From NCBI GenBank assembly GCA_964016885.1, contig OZ024740.1, positions 140,120,001-140,184,000 of the forward strand: 64,000 bases of DNA, in the 5' to 3' direction. Made by a program: the position numbers and the translations under genes. Shown piece by piece: positions 1 to 13,587 of this stretch. The notes beneath the pieces were generated by a model. The model was not told the DNA's origin, did not search any database, and worked only from the letters and a program-made list of their open reading frames with translations. How positions within the stretch are numbered: position 1 is the first letter of the stretch; each line of letters starts with the position of its first letter. This stretch comes from Eledone cirrhosa (lineage: Eukaryota).

Positions 1-62
1 GAGAATATAAGGGTGAAAGCAGCGATTCTTTGCTTAAACTTTAATCTGTTATTTAATAAATA

Positions 63-127
<65 letters not shown>

Positions 128-130
<3 letters not shown>

Positions 131-508
131 TAAACGGAATAGAAAATGCTGACAAATTGTTCACAGTTGAAAAATGGTTTAATTAGGAATAAAAGAGTAT
201 TAATAATTGTATGGGTTAGTATTCAGTTGTGGTTTTAAGTTTTTTAAGTTTTTACCGGTTGCGCATTTCTAAATGTTTTTCAAAAATAATTTTGAGATAG
301 AGTGTCCGTGGTCAGAGCAAACAACACGGACACTCTATCTCAAAATTATTTTTGAAAAGCATTTAGAAATGCGCAACCGGTAAAAACTTAAAAACTTAAA
401 ACCACAACTGAATACTAACCCATACAATTGCTAATACTCTTTTATTCCTAATTAAACCATTTTTCAACTGTGAACAATTTGTCAGTATTTTCTATTCCGT
501 TTACCAAT
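128..508. repeat. Long fold-back inverted repeat (~183 bp arms, ~14 nt loop) between (TA)n tracts; probable PLE terminal-repeat derivative
   Basis: 128-310 (ttggtaaacggaatag...gtgtccgtg) is the reverse complement of 325-508 (cacggacac...ccgtttaccaa) with few mismatches. Confidence 0.85.
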
Positions 509-542
509 ATATAATAACTTGTGTGTTACACCTCTATTCTTT

Positions 543-574
<32 letters not shown>

Positions 575-1002
575 CTGTCTATATACATGGACATATATGT
601 ATAGAGAAGGTACGTGTTGTTGTTGTTTCGGTGTTCCGGTGTTCGGGTGTTCTTCCTATGATCACAAGATTGTGAGGTCGAGCATTGCGTCTTTGAAAGA
701 GTCGCTTTGTTTCCCGCTGCGGTAGTACATACAGCTAGCAGATACGAGTTGTACCTGTAATTCTAAGGGTTAGTACTACCACACTTCTACGGAGCTAGAA
801 CTGTTTCTGACTAACAAGTAGTGATTATGATAGATCAGGGATTTCGGGACGATAAATAGGTAGTGACATAACTACTACCTGCTAGTCGATATATCGATCT
901 ACCATTATCAATTAACCCTCTGAAACGATCATAAAGCAATGAACTAATTAAGAACCTATCTTCAATATTTATTTTATTATTATTGTTCAATACACACACA
1001 CG

Positions 1003-1111
<109 letters not shown>

Positions 1112-2029
1112 GTGTGTGGGTGCGTGTGTATTTATATATTCAATACTTTTAAAAAGTTGAGGATATGAACTTATTATTTATTCCTTCAGTTTCAATATGG
1201 ACATTATGTCACATTCATTCGCAGAACAACTGGAAATTATCAATTAACAATTATCTCCATCACTAACTGTATAATCTTCAGGAAAACTTACATAGAATAA
1301 ATCAAATTCAAAATAGGTTTAACCTCACAAGGTTTTAAGATTCAAATAAAACAATATCAAAAGGCATTTAACGTAAAAGCAACTAATTTAGACTCAAATG
1401 CATGTTATGCAGAAGGAATTTTTTTTAAAGTCATGCAAGACTATGTGTTTACTTTGTGATACTAATGTCATTAGATTGCAGTGAATGAGCTAATGTATGG
1501 CTTATTTATCTAGAATTTACATAGATAGGATGATTTTTGTTAATTCAGTTCTAAGAAGATTACGTAGAAAGCACATGACAGGAACATATAGTTATTTATA
1601 CTGTGTAATGAAGAAGATATATTTTAAAAATCAATAAAAGATATCGCATATATATAGAAATATAGATTCGTAGCTCTTATAGATAATTACCGTATTTTCT
1701 AGTTCTAAAAATTAAAATAAAATATTTTATTCTTCCTATAAGGTTTGGCATTGTATTTATTGTTCAAAACTTTATCTTCTTTACTATTCAGTTATATAGA
1801 ATTTGACCGGTGTTTTTCTGTTTATGCCCCTTGTCAAATATTGTCATTATTTACTATGTATGTTTTGTTTCTATAATGTGTTCTGATATTGTTTTCTAAT
1901 TATTTCTTTAAAATTTTTTTTTCCTTTTAAAAAAAAAAAATCATTTCTGTTTCCTATTAAGAAGTATTGAATGTGAATCTATTTATTTGAATATATATAT
2001 ATATATATATTAGGGTGTTTTTATATTTA

Positions 2030-3277
2030 TTGGGAAATAAGTCCCTTTTGTGGTACAAGCAGGCGCGAAATGTCGCAGCAGGAACAGAAAGGCGTTCAAA
2101 GTAAAGATCCTGGTGTTAAGCTGGAATCCGACTTTAGATCAGCAAATAAACTATTCTGGCAAACCATCCACCGACTTCGTAATAAGAAGTATCCCTCCAC
2201 GAGTGCTACTAGGAACTCGCCTGAGGTTCTATCTTCAGGGAAATGCATCCTCGCGAAGTGGATAGAATACTTTGCTGATGTCCTAAACCCGGTCATCTTC
2301 TGATATACATGATATATATCTAGGAGTGGTAACTAACTTCTCGGGGGCTGGGGTCACCAGAGCAATTAAAGAGCTCAAATGAGGGAGGCCTGTGGGAAGG
2401 ACGAAATTAAGTCTGAGAAATGCTAAAAGCCTGGATCTCTGGTAAGGCACCTAAGCAATGGCAATCGAGGGTGATAATCCCAATTGCGAAATAGGAGGCA
2501 AGTGAGATTACTCTAATTATAGAGGTATCTCCTTGTTGAGCCTCCCCGGTAAAGTCTATGCTAAGTATCTGGCAAAGAGATGTAGGGATATATCGAGTCT
2601 AAGCTAACTAACGAACAGTATGGTGTTCGCTCGGATGCAGCACAGCCAATCAAATATTCACACAGCAATAGGTCTTCGAGAAATCGTGGGAGTATTGCCC
2701 AGAAGTGTATGCTTGTTTTATAGAACTCGAAAAGGCATACGACCGCGTTCTATCGGGCTTTTTGAGGGTTTTGCAAGTACCTCAGGGCCTTTTCACGAGT
2801 AATGGAAGACAAGGGGCTGAATTAAGTGCATGAATTGCAGCTTGTTTAGAATTGATCATAAAAAGGGGGTAGGTTTAAAAGCTAAACTCGCTATATTTAA
2901 TACGATATTCGTACTAACCTTTACCTATTATCTTAGGTAATGACCGAAAGAATACGATCGAGAATATAAGCGTCCGAAATGGGGTTCCTCTCAAGGGGGT
3001 TTTTTCGTTAAAGTTACTCGATAGAGTGCGTAGCCTGGAGATCAGGGAGTCGCTCCAGTGAGAACCGCAACTTCTCCGAGTTGAGAGATCACAGCTCCGG
3101 TGCTACGAACATGTGTCCAGAATGGCTAAAGGGAAGAATCGCTGGATAGATTTTACTATTTGGTCTCGCCTGGATATACAACCGGATCAATTAGAGACAG
3201 TTGCTTCTGACAGGACCCGCCGGAGGGCGTGCTTGAGGAACCCCCCTCCCTCCAAGAAGAAGAAGAAGAAGAAGAAG
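2030..3277 (+). mobile_element. Decayed RTE-type LINE, RT region to 3' end with (AAG)n tail
   Basis: Broken frames give ANKLFWQTIHRLR, KWIEYFADVLNP and NYRGISLLSLPGKVYAK. The 3' part is homologous to 32400-32880 and ends in (aag)n. Confidence 0.8.
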
Positions 3278-3650
3278 TTATATCTATACGCTTATCAAAA
3301 CACACATACGCACATCTACATATATGTGAGTGTGTGTGTGTATAATTGTGTGTATAATTGTGTGAATAAGTGCGTATATGTGTGTGTTTGTGTGTGTGTG
3401 CATGTCTAAGTTTGTAAATAGATATACATCCGTACGTTTGTAAATAGATATACATCCGTGCGTTTAGGCTCACTATCCACATAAATAGCATGTTTTTATA
3501 CATATGGCCCTCTCTGCAAAAAGGAATGTTTAACCTCACCCAATATTCAGATATACGTGGAAACTATTAACTACGAAAGTACAAATATATATATATATAT
3601 ATACACACACATATATATATGTGTGTGTGTGTGTATATATATATATACCA

Positions 3651-3766
<116 letters not shown>

Positions 3767-3769
3767 TGG

Positions 3770-3864
<95 letters not shown>

Positions 3865-3865
<1 letters not shown>

Positions 3866-4021
3866 GGAACGAGTAGGACCCCGACGGCTGAGCTCAAGCC
3901 GTTTCGACGGCTAATTCTGACCAGAATTAGCCGTCGTTCCTATTACCTACTCTACTACCCTAAGTATTGAGTACTTTGGTGCGTTATGGTCCACCTGGTT
4001 CCTTACCACATTTCCTTCGTT
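3865..4021. mobile_element. Short PLE-like terminal-repeat fragment with fold-back, in (TA)n; related copies at 6743-6780, 15243-15437, 30703-30770 and 58365-58510
   Basis: Shared segments gaccccgacggctgagctcaagccgtttcgacggcta and ctactaccctaagtattgagtactctggtgcgttatggtcca; internal hairpin; (TA)n flanks. Confidence 0.6.
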
Positions 4022-4094
4022 ATATATATATATATATATTGGTCACATAACATTACATTCATTCTCTCTCGCTCTCCGTCTCTCTTTCTCACTC

Positions 4095-4158
<64 letters not shown>

Positions 4159-4546
4159 CTGTCTCTTTCACACACTACGTACACACACACGCACTCATAC
4201 ACATATACGTACATATACGTACATATACGCACAGTCTTTTTGAATATTTATTTAGTAACAAAGTGTTTAATGCGGTAAAAATTATTGTGAATAAAATACA
4301 ATGTTAGAAAGAGTGTTCATTACACTGTTTCCCCGACTACAACATCCGGGTAGTGAAGTTTCTTGTTATCCACGGTGACGTACTACGTATTCATATTCAT
4401 GCACACGCACAGAGAGAGTGTGTGTGAGAGAGGAGGGGAGAGAAGGGGATATATATATATACAAAACGTAAACGGAGGCAACTAAGTGAACACCACAGTA
4501 CAATGAAAAATATGTTAGTTTAACGCTTGAAATAGCAGAAAAAGGG

Positions 4547-4582
4547 TCTTTACGTTTCGGACAGCAGCCCTTCATTAGAAGA
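4547..4582 (-). ncRNA. Minimal type-I hammerhead ribozyme, G5A core variant (probably inactive)
   Basis: Minus strand: tctt-CTAATGA-a-gggc tgct gtcc-GAAA-cg-TA-aaga; same family as 49571 and 58238. Confidence 0.6.
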
Positions 4583-4643
4583 TAGAATGAGAGAGAGAGG
4601 AAGGGATAACAATTTCACACAGACCACACAAAAGCAAATAGGC

Positions 4644-4687
<44 letters not shown>

Positions 4688-4834
4688 TTACATATATATA
4701 TTTATTTTTTAACTTCTGTGCGTGTTTCTACGCCTCCCTCTTCCTCTATGTCTCCATGTCAGTGTATTTGCCAACAGATAGACGAAAGTTTTGTGATAAC
4801 CTGGTCAGTTCGATCCTGCCGCCCCCAAATCATT

Positions 4835-4955
4835 ATCATCATCCTCATCACCATCACTTATACGTCCGCATTTTCCATGCTTACATCGGTTGGGATCAGA
4901 CATTTTGAGGCAGATTTTCTACTGCAAGATACCATTCTTGACGCCAAACTATACC
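4835..4955 (-). mobile_element. SINE/LINE 3' end with (ATG)n-type tail; related copy at 10830-11035 (+)
   Basis: The motif gcatggaaaa..gga/gaac.t..a.tgat(gat)n is shared by both sites. Confidence 0.5.
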
Positions 4956-5099
4956 GTATTTTTAATATGGTCATTATTTTTTAAGTACTTATTTTTAAGT
5001 ACTTATCTTTTAAGTAGTTATTAAGTATGATCGTAATGTTTTTAGTTATAATCTTATATAGTTTTAAGGATAAACTTAACAATTGTTAAAAGGATAAAA

Positions 5100-5750
5100 T
5101 TATTATAAAACTCTGACTGAACTGGCTCAAAATTATTCTCAGAAATTAAGTCAGTTCGTCTATGTCATTCTAGTGATAGGTAGAATTCTCCAGATATTTG
5201 TTTGAATGATGCTTACGAAGCTGTAATAGACATGGTGTCTATAAATTATCTTTATAATTTGAAAAATTCTACTCTATATTATTCCTACTGTCAGTATTTT
5301 TTATGTTGTGATTTTTGTACTTATTGTGTATATCTGTATTGTACATATTCTGTTCCCTGTACCTGTTTCTTATGAGTTGACTTTGGTTCAGTCTGAAATT
5401 ATTTTTACGAGTATAGGGGCTGTTCTCTCTGAAGTTTCGATTTCTGTTGCCCTATCATTATATGCATTTTTTTTCCGTAGTAATTTCTTTATGAGTGATT
5501 CTGGTTCCCTCTAGAATTATTTATGTACATCTGGGTAAGTTGTTTCACCTTGATAGTCTATTTATGTGTTCAAATGATGGCGGTTATCGTAGAAATTCAA
5601 CGGTTCGACTTTTGTCAAAGTTCCTGTCTAGATTTATTCAATATTGAAATTTTCTTTGTTGATAGGTTGAATATTGGAATTGTGGTGTGTGGATGGTGTC
5701 AGCGTAGATTTTCGTATTGTTGGCTTTTACTTTCTTAAGAAATGGCTTGA
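5100..5750 (-). mobile_element. Possible highly decayed PLE endonuclease region
   Basis: A-rich, coding-like minus strand with many stops; only a remnant ETG...RI reminiscent of a GIY-YIG YIGETG..RI motif. Confidence 0.2.
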
Positions 5751-6364
5751 TAACACAACCATATAAAGGCAAAGAATAATTCAAAGCTCAAATGTGATTT
5801 TATAGTCCACAACAAGATAGATAAAAGACACTTCAAAGTTTAATCCAACGGTAAATTTCCAATCACAGTAATTTTACAGTATCACTGAGCATATATATAA
5901 CTGAATAAAAATAACCAGAATTAACTTACATTAAATTATTTAATTGATTTACGAACGTTTCAATAATACATAATACAATAATACATAATACAATAATACA
6001 TAATACAATAATACATAAATGACATAGATATTTACTAAACACATGTTCGAATATCTTAAATCTGAAAACGCAAACAAATTTTAAATACAGCTGGAAAAAT
6101 TTAAGACTTTATGGAAGACTAAACATGCAATTAAAATTTTATTTTTAATAAAGATATAACCTGCAGTAACTAAAAATATTTTGCTAGAAAAGTACACACT
6201 AGTACACATATACTACACACTAAAACAATGTTATAGGAATAAAAATATAGCTTATAAGTACACACATACGCATGTATATATATTTATATATATATACGTA
6301 TGCGTATGTAGTGTATGTACACACACATATATATATATATATGCATATATATATGTATATACAG

Positions 6365-6398
<34 letters not shown>

Positions 6399-6677
6399 AG
6401 TGTATGTACAGATATAAATATGTATATATATATATATATAATATGTATATACAGGTGTGTGTGTATGTGTACGTGTGTGTATAATAATGGCAAAATATGA
6501 AGAACGGAAGTAGTAGTAGGTGGCTGCGCTTGAGAAAGCAGGAAGGAGTTTGACATGGCATTACGTCAAGAATCTCAAGAGTTAAGCGGCATTTCCCTTC
6601 TAAATTGTCTGCACCCGCACACAGACAAACACACACACACACATACATATATACACACACATACACGTGTAGTGTAC

Positions 6678-6717
<40 letters not shown>

Positions 6718-6806
6718 TGAGAGAGAGAGAGAGAGATGTATATATGGTCCATCTGGTTCCTTACCACACTTCCTTCGTTATATATATATATACATATATA
6801 TGAATT

Positions 6807-6883
<77 letters not shown>

Positions 6884-6884
6884 G

Positions 6885-7016
<132 letters not shown>

Positions 7017-7199
7017 AAAGTATGTCCATAGAATCATTTGATAAAATATATACACCATCTCCTCTCCCAATCAGCATAATCAACCACACAAAAAACCAAT
7101 TAAATCAGGCTATAAGATTAAAAAGCACCTATGAAGAAATAATAGATAATTAAATGACAGCCATCTATTCGTGATCAACAGCTATAGAATATTTACCCA

Positions 7200-7445
7200 C
7201 CATTTCAATAGCACGTGGAAATCGATTAAATATATCGTCAACCATACACAATTAGGTATAAAATCAAAGTTAGAAGAAAAGATGTATATAAACATACCAA
7301 GATAACGTTTCTACCCCAATGATTCTCATTCGCTTTTGGAAATATCCGATCAAGGATAAATTCACGAGTTTCGAAATCATCAGGAAACAAACTCACTTGG
7401 ACGAAGATTTTCTTCGCCAAAAACGAATTCAAAATGGCTAAGAAC
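7200..7445 (-). repeat. Dispersed repeat; second copy at 27680-27950 (+)
   Basis: Reverse complement matches 27680-27950 (aaaatcttcgtccaagtgagtttgtttcctgatga.ttcgaaactcgtgaatttatccttgatcggatatttcc). Confidence 0.8.
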
Positions 7446-7456
7446 TGACGCGACAA

Positions 7457-7572
7457 GGCGTGTGGCTGAGTGGTTAGAGTATTGGATTCGCAATCTTGAG
7501 GTTGTGAGTTCGATTCCTGGACCGGGCGATGCGTTATGTCCTTGAGCAAGACACTTTATTTCACGTTGCTCG
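7457..7572 (+). mobile_element. tRNA-derived SINE family B; other copies at 16670-16792 (-), 21608-21712 (-), 50200-50318 (-), 61022-61135 (+)
   Basis: A box tggctgagtgg, B box gttcgattcc, then CORE-like tgtccttgagcaagacactt. Confidence 0.8.
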
Positions 7573-7662
7573 TTCTACCTGGAGTTGCGACCGATAGATA
7601 GTATTAGCAACTGGAAAGACGAACAGAAAAATTGTTTCCTCGGTCCGATTTGACGAAAGTCG

Positions 7663-7713
<51 letters not shown>

Positions 7714-7754
7714 GCCTATGGACGCATCTAAGCAACCTTACTACAAATATATAT

Positions 7755-7944
7755 ATAATTGTTTCTACTTTTGGCACAAGGCCAGCAATTATCCCAGTGT
7801 ACTGGTACTTTATTTTATCGACCCCCGTTAGGATGAAAGGCAAAGTTAACCTTGGCGGGATTTGAACTCAGAATGGAAAGGGCCGTAACTCTATGCGTCA
7901 AAGCATGGCGGCCGACTCTCCAGCGATACTGCCAATCCACCGCC
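7755..7944 (-). mobile_element. tRNA-derived SINE family A
   Basis: Reverse complement of the 8910-9093 consensus (B box gagttcaaatcc; core aactttgcctttcatcct..ggggtcgataaaataaagtacc). Confidence 0.85.
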
Positions 7945-7965
7945 ATAATTATATATATATATATA

Positions 7966-8045
7966 TCAGCCAGTATCTGTCAGAAGCAACACACACAGAC
8001 ACACACACATGTGTGTGTCTGTGTGGTTAAATGTATATATATATT

Positions 8046-8112
<67 letters not shown>

Positions 8113-8179
8113 TTAAGCACACAGACACACACATGTGTGTGTGTGTGTGTGCGTGTTGCTTCTGACAGATGCTAGCTGA
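7966..8179. repeat. Fold-back inverted repeat with a (TA)n centre
   Basis: tcagccagtatctgtcagaagcaacac... pairs with ...gtgttgcttctgacagatgctagctga. Confidence 0.75.
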
Positions 8180-8909
8180 TATATCCATTGATAATCGCGG
8201 ACAACTCCCCTTCCCATTATTCCTGTCTCCCTGATAAGATAAAAGTACACACCTTTTACACACTGAACCATACTAACATATATTTATATCCACGAAGGAC
8301 TCATTACATAACTATTAGTTACCCAGGGCTTGGAGAATGCATCTGATATTGATACTCTTAGAGTGGATCTGGTATAATGTGAGAGGCATCGCCAGCGCTA
8401 TCATTAACTCCTGTTTGACAGACGCCTAGATCATATACCCCAGAGAGGCGTATTAGTGACTCGTAAAAATCACAGTTTTATATATATTAAATTAAATATA
8501 ATCATTTTCTACGTTCACTAAATATATCACTGAAACTCTTTGCCGCGTATGAGCATGATTGAAATATCCAAGGAGGTGTCATAACCTGTAACATGATTCG
8601 GTGTGGGTAACTGTGGACTGTGCAACTGAAAATGTAGGCTTAGACCAGAGCAAGAAATGTAAAAATCTAGGTTTGTCAGCTTGTCAAACAATAAATTGGA
8701 GTTATTTTATTTGGGAAATTGGGTAGTTAATTAGAAGACGGCGCACATTGTAACGCTAGCCTAGGGCGCTAAAAGCCCATGCGCCGCCCCTCCTAAGAAT
8801 TTTGATTAACTTTCATTTGAGCAGAATCTAGCGTCACCTGCTTTAACCACGAGAAGAGTACTGGACAATAATTACAGCGTGAGTTCTGAATAAATACATA
8901 AATATTGGT

Positions 8910-9093
8910 TTGGCAGTATCGGTAGAAGGGCGGACGCCATGCTTTGCAGCAAATAGTTACGGCCCTTTATGGTCTGAGTTCAAATCCCGCCGAGGTTAAC
9001 TTTGCCTTTCATCCTTACGGGGTCGATAAAATAAAGTACCAGTAATGCACTGGGATAATTGCTGGCCTTGTGCCAAAAGTAGAAACAATTATT
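8910..9093 (+). mobile_element. tRNA-derived SINE family A
   Basis: tggcagtatcggtaga (A-box-like), gagttcaaatccc (B box), conserved core, tail ggccttgtgccaaaagtagaaacaatt; at least 8 near-identical copies in the window. Confidence 0.85.
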
Positions 9094-11503
9094 AGAATGG
9101 TTACAGTTGTTTGGTGTGGCGGTTACATACATGGATGACAGATTGGGGATAATAGTGTTCCACAGTGTGGGAAAAAGTGACCTGGATACTCCCTGGTAGT
9201 ATCAATGCTGCGTGACACCACTAGAGAGAGCTATACAATCAGAAGAAGCCGAAATAGTAGTAATGTCCAATAGACAGCTGATGAAGGGAATATTCCGCAA
9301 TACAAGCTGTATATTTTATATACAGCTTGTATTGCGGAAATTATATACTTTGGTAGGTATATCTATGTATTTTCTTTAAGACTAACTTCATAAAAATATC
9401 ACGTGAGCATCAACTTGACACTTGTGATTTTAATTCGCTTCAGACCCTATGTAACCAAGTAAGATAATTTATGAATTGCGTCTAGACACCTTTTAAACAT
9501 TGTTACGTACAGTGTGTAGAACGTGATGAAAAATTCATGAACATCGTGTGATATTAATCATGCATTACACCATACTACATTGCTACATACGACGTATTTA
9601 GTATATGCATAAAACATATTAACCCTCTTCAGATTAAACCGCCTCAAACTGCCCCTGGTTCTATGATGCAAGACTGTTTGTTTTAAAGAGTTTATATTTA
9701 TCTACAATCCTTCTATCATAATTTTATGACAGAACCTTTAAGTTATATTCCAAACGCCAGCTTCATAATGAGAAAGTTAGCTGTACTACTAAACACTCCA
9801 AAAAGTCATGGCTATTTTATAAATTATTTGAAAATCCTATGCAGTGTATTTTTAGGGTTAAGTCTCGTCGGGAAAGTCCTCTCAGTGATTGCCAAAAAAA
9901 AAAAAGATAAAAGAAATCAAAGAGGGCAAGATTTACAGCATTTGAATTGTCTTCATCTAGTTATCAAACAAAAGGTTTGCTTTTGTGTAGTCATTTGACT
10001 TTCTAGGAAAAAAAAACAGCCAAATCTGCCTCAAATCACACCTTATTGTCTTTAAAATGAGAAACATTTATAGGGTATCTAGATAATGTAATCCTAGAAA
10101 CCCTATAAAGCTGGGAAGGGGTGGTTAGCTAACCAAATTACCAACAACTTCAAGGAGCCTCTATGTAGTCACAAAATCTGCTAGAAATAACAGCCAAATC
10201 TCCCTAAAATCAGTCTTTGGAAAGAAAGACATATTGCATAACGTAGTCCTGGATATATTGTGCTTGCGAAAAAAATAGGATGATCAGAGCTGGCAAAATC
10301 TTTGACCATAGAGCTTCTCAATTAAATCTGACGTGGATCTAAAGAAAAAGAAAATTCAGCAACTCTCACGAACACACTTTAACCTCTGGCTCAGACTCAT
10401 GTTGTCCCCTCTCTGTCTTTTTTACTGCTGCTACAGTGGTCTCTGATTCTTGGAATTTACTGGTCTCATTCCACTCCCACTCAGGCACTACCAACTCATT
10501 TGTCTTTGCTCCTCTGATTAACCACGATGAGTCCGATAACTCCTACCTAGGCTCCGCGATAACCTCTACACCCAGTCCTTGTTATTCAGAAACCCGTCCC
10601 TCTGGAATTCTTCCCTTACTTGCTCATGATTCTCATACAGATGTCGACACGGAATGGCATTAATCTCATTGGTCTCGGAGATCCTGTGATGGCTATGGGC
10701 ACTGTCCCTTCCTTCAGACTTAGCAATAAATGAATAAATAAATAAATAAGAGACAATAAAGTCCAGATATGACTCCCCAGTCTGGGCGGGCATATGACGA
10801 TCTCTTTAGAGCTTGTGTCTCGATAAAATACACCCAGTGCACTCTGTAAAGTGGTAATGCAACAAGTAGACTCTGTAAGGTGGTTGTCATTAGCAAAGTC
10901 ATCGAGTTGTAGAAACCATGCAAAATATAAGACGTCTGAGCAAGTTGAAGCCACTCCAACCCGTTTAGTCTCAGCATATGACAACCCGTACAACCCATGT
11001 CAGCATGGAAAACGAACCTAAAATGATAATGATGAAATAAACAAACAAATCGACCGGCCTAAGATCAGGTTTAGCAGTGCATTTATCTATGAAAAAAACT
11101 GGGTCAATCTCAGAGAAGGGCCCATAATTATATCTTTTTTCATTCTTTCTCTACCTCGACTTTTTTTTTTCCTTTCTTTGCAAAGTGTTGACCGTTCTTG
11201 CTCAAAGCCAAATTACATGGCTGTGGCACTAACAAGAAAGGACGATGTCGGAAGTTTAAATATGGCAGTGTCGACTATGTCAAATTAATGCTGTCTACAG
11301 TTTAAAGAGACAAGTGTTCTCCATGTAAATATGGTGTCAGAAATGTATTTCTTCTTTTTGTTTTTGTTTTATTTTGTTTTTTTGGGGGGTTCGTTATCTA
11401 AACTATAATAATTTATAATAATGTCTATCTTGTCTCCTTCTACATATGTGTATGTGTGTGTGTAATAAACATATGTATTATTCACACACACACACACAAA
11501 CAC

Positions 11504-11559
<56 letters not shown>

Positions 11560-11906
11560 TACATATATATTTATACATATATATATATGTGTATAATGTG
11601 TATATATATGTGTGTGAGTGTGTGTGTATACATGTGTATGTATGTATGTATGTATGTATGTATGTATGTATGTATGTATTATTGAAACGAGAAAGAAATG
11701 GTGCTGTCGGCAAAATATAGAAATATATCAGAAGATATATTACTAACAAACTACCCAGTTACTTGTAAATTACATGTCATATTGGTTGGTGTCAAATTTA
11801 CGCTACATATGGCTTAACACCACTCACGCCTACACGCATAACATACATAATTTTATATCTATCTATCTATGTATCTATCAATATAAATATAGATATACAT
11901 ATATGC

Positions 11907-12037
11907 ATCAGTATCGGTAGAGGGTCGGACGCCATGCTTTGAAGCATAGAGTTACCTCCCTTTATGATCTGAGTTCAAATCCCGCCGAGTTTAACTGGGA
12001 TAATTGCTGGCCTTGTGCCAAAAGTAGAAACAATTAT
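11907..12037 (+). mobile_element. SINE family A, internally deleted
   Basis: Head and tail match 8910-9093; core missing between gttaact and gggataattgc. Confidence 0.8.
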
Positions 12038-12186
12038 ATATATATATATATATAATATCGAATAAGGAAAAGCGAAGTAGTTTCAGTATATATATATATA
12101 TATATATATATAAATTAATAAAATAATGAATAAACAAAGAAACAGTTCCTTATATTAAAAATGTAATATCTAGACTATAATAGTCT

Positions 12187-13587
12187 TTGAGGAAAGTTCT
12201 AATAAGCTTTTTAGAGATAGAAAAAAATAAAAAGCTTATTAGAACATTCCTTAAAGACTATTATAGTCTAGATATTACATTTGAAAACACAAGTAAAGTA
12301 GTTAATTTCCTTGATATAACATTAGACTTATCTACGGGTATCTACCAACCTTACCATAAACCCAACCAAAATTTACACTACATACACTCACAATCTAATC
12401 ACCCTAAATCTATCCTTAAAAACCTTGCATATAATATATCACTTAGAATTTCTAACCTTTCGTCTAACCAAGATGTATTTGATAAAAATGCGACCTTTTA
12501 TAACGAAGCTCTAGCTAGAAGTGGCCACAAAAATAGATTAGTATATATACCTTCTACCAATAACACTACAAACATACAACCTAATATTACCAACAAACAC
12601 CAAATGAAACATACACACCTAAATGCCACTCACACTATACCCCAAAACACCAACATAAAACCAAATTTCTCTAACTCTTCTAATATACAGTATAGTAACT
12701 CTCAAAAAACTACTCATCCTACAACTCTAATAAATGTCAATAATAAAACTCCTAATAAACAAGCTAAAACACCTAAATCAATAAATCTAACTAAAAATGT
12801 GTGTGGTGAGGTCATTAACAATAATTCTCTTAATAAACATCAGGATGCATCCTATAAAAACAATAAACAACATCGAAACCGTAATAGACGAGTTACTTGG
12901 TATAATGCTCCATTTAATTTACAAATTAAGGATAATATACCTAAAAAATTCTTTAATATCCTAGAGAAAAACTTCCCGCCAAACCACAAATACCATCAAA
13001 TCTTAAATAGATCAACGGCTAAATTCTCCTACTCAACAACCAAAAACATAAATCAAAATATAAGTGCCTATAATGCATATAAATGTAAAAAAACCATGAG
13101 TATACCACCAGTACATCAAACTAACCATAATATCTCCTCAGATACAGGATTCACGAAAAGTTGTAACTGTAGAAACAAGGCAAACTGTCCATTAAAAGGA
13201 AATTGCTTTGTTAATAACATAGTATATAAATGTAAAGTTAACACTAAGGACTCAATTTATTCATATATAGGAGCTACCTCTAACAAATTTAAGGTAAGAT
13301 TTAATACCCACAAACATAGTTTTAAAAATGCCGCACTAGCTAATACAACATTTCTAGCTGAAATAATAAATAGTTATAGAAAGAGGAATATAGAATATGA
13401 CCTGACCTGGAGTGTGCTCAAAAGGGCCACCCCTTATCAAAATAGTAGAAATGAATATAGATTATGTTCCCAAGAACTTTTTGAAATAATGAAATCTAAG
13501 GATATCCTATTAAATAAGCGACAGGAATTAATAATATCGTGTAATCATAAACTGAGAAAAACCTTTAAATATTATAAACCTAATTAA
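12187..13587 (+). CDS. PLE polyprotein C-terminal half: RT end, N/T-rich linker, Cys cluster, GIY-YIG endonuclease (5'-truncated)
   Basis: VVNFLDITLDL, YHKP, YIHSQSNHP; CNCRNKANCPLKGNC; IVYKC...YIGAT..FKVRFNTH; LCSQE...LNKRQELIISCNH. Confidence 0.88.
   Translation: MRKVLISFLEIEKNKKLIRTFLKDYYSLDITFENTSKVVNFLDITLDLSTGIYQPYHKPNQNLHYIHSQSNHPKSILKNLAYNISLRISNLSSNQDVFDKNATFYNEALARSGHKNRLVYIPSTNNTTNIQPNITNKHQMKHTHLNATHTIPQNTNIKPNFSNSSNIQYSNSQKTTHPTTLINVNNKTPNKQAKTPKSINLTKNVCGEVINNNSLNKHQDASYKNNKQHRNRNRRVTWYNAPFNLQIKDNIPKKFFNILEKNFPPNHKYHQILNRSTAKFSYSTTKNINQNISAYNAYKCKKTMSIPPVHQTNHNISSDTGFTKSCNCRNKANCPLKGNCFVNNIVYKCKVNTKDSIYSYIGATSNKFKVRFNTHKHSFKNAALANTTFLAEIINSYRKRNIEYDLTWSVLKRATPYQNSRNEYRLCSQELFEIMKSKDILLNKRQELIISCNHKLRKTFKYYKPN

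Noticed and set aside
345-385. TTGAAAA..GAAA-tgcgca as a third U3-A8 HHR
   Set aside because: Stem I and stem II do not pair and the UH site is absent.
7457-7530. tRNA gene
   Set aside because: A/B boxes are present, but it continues into a SINE core and recurs as diverged copies, so it is a SINE head.
9250-9340. GAAA...CTGATGA arrangement suggesting a type-II HHR
   Set aside because: Stems II and III cannot be formed; it looks like a truncated element followed by a small hairpin.
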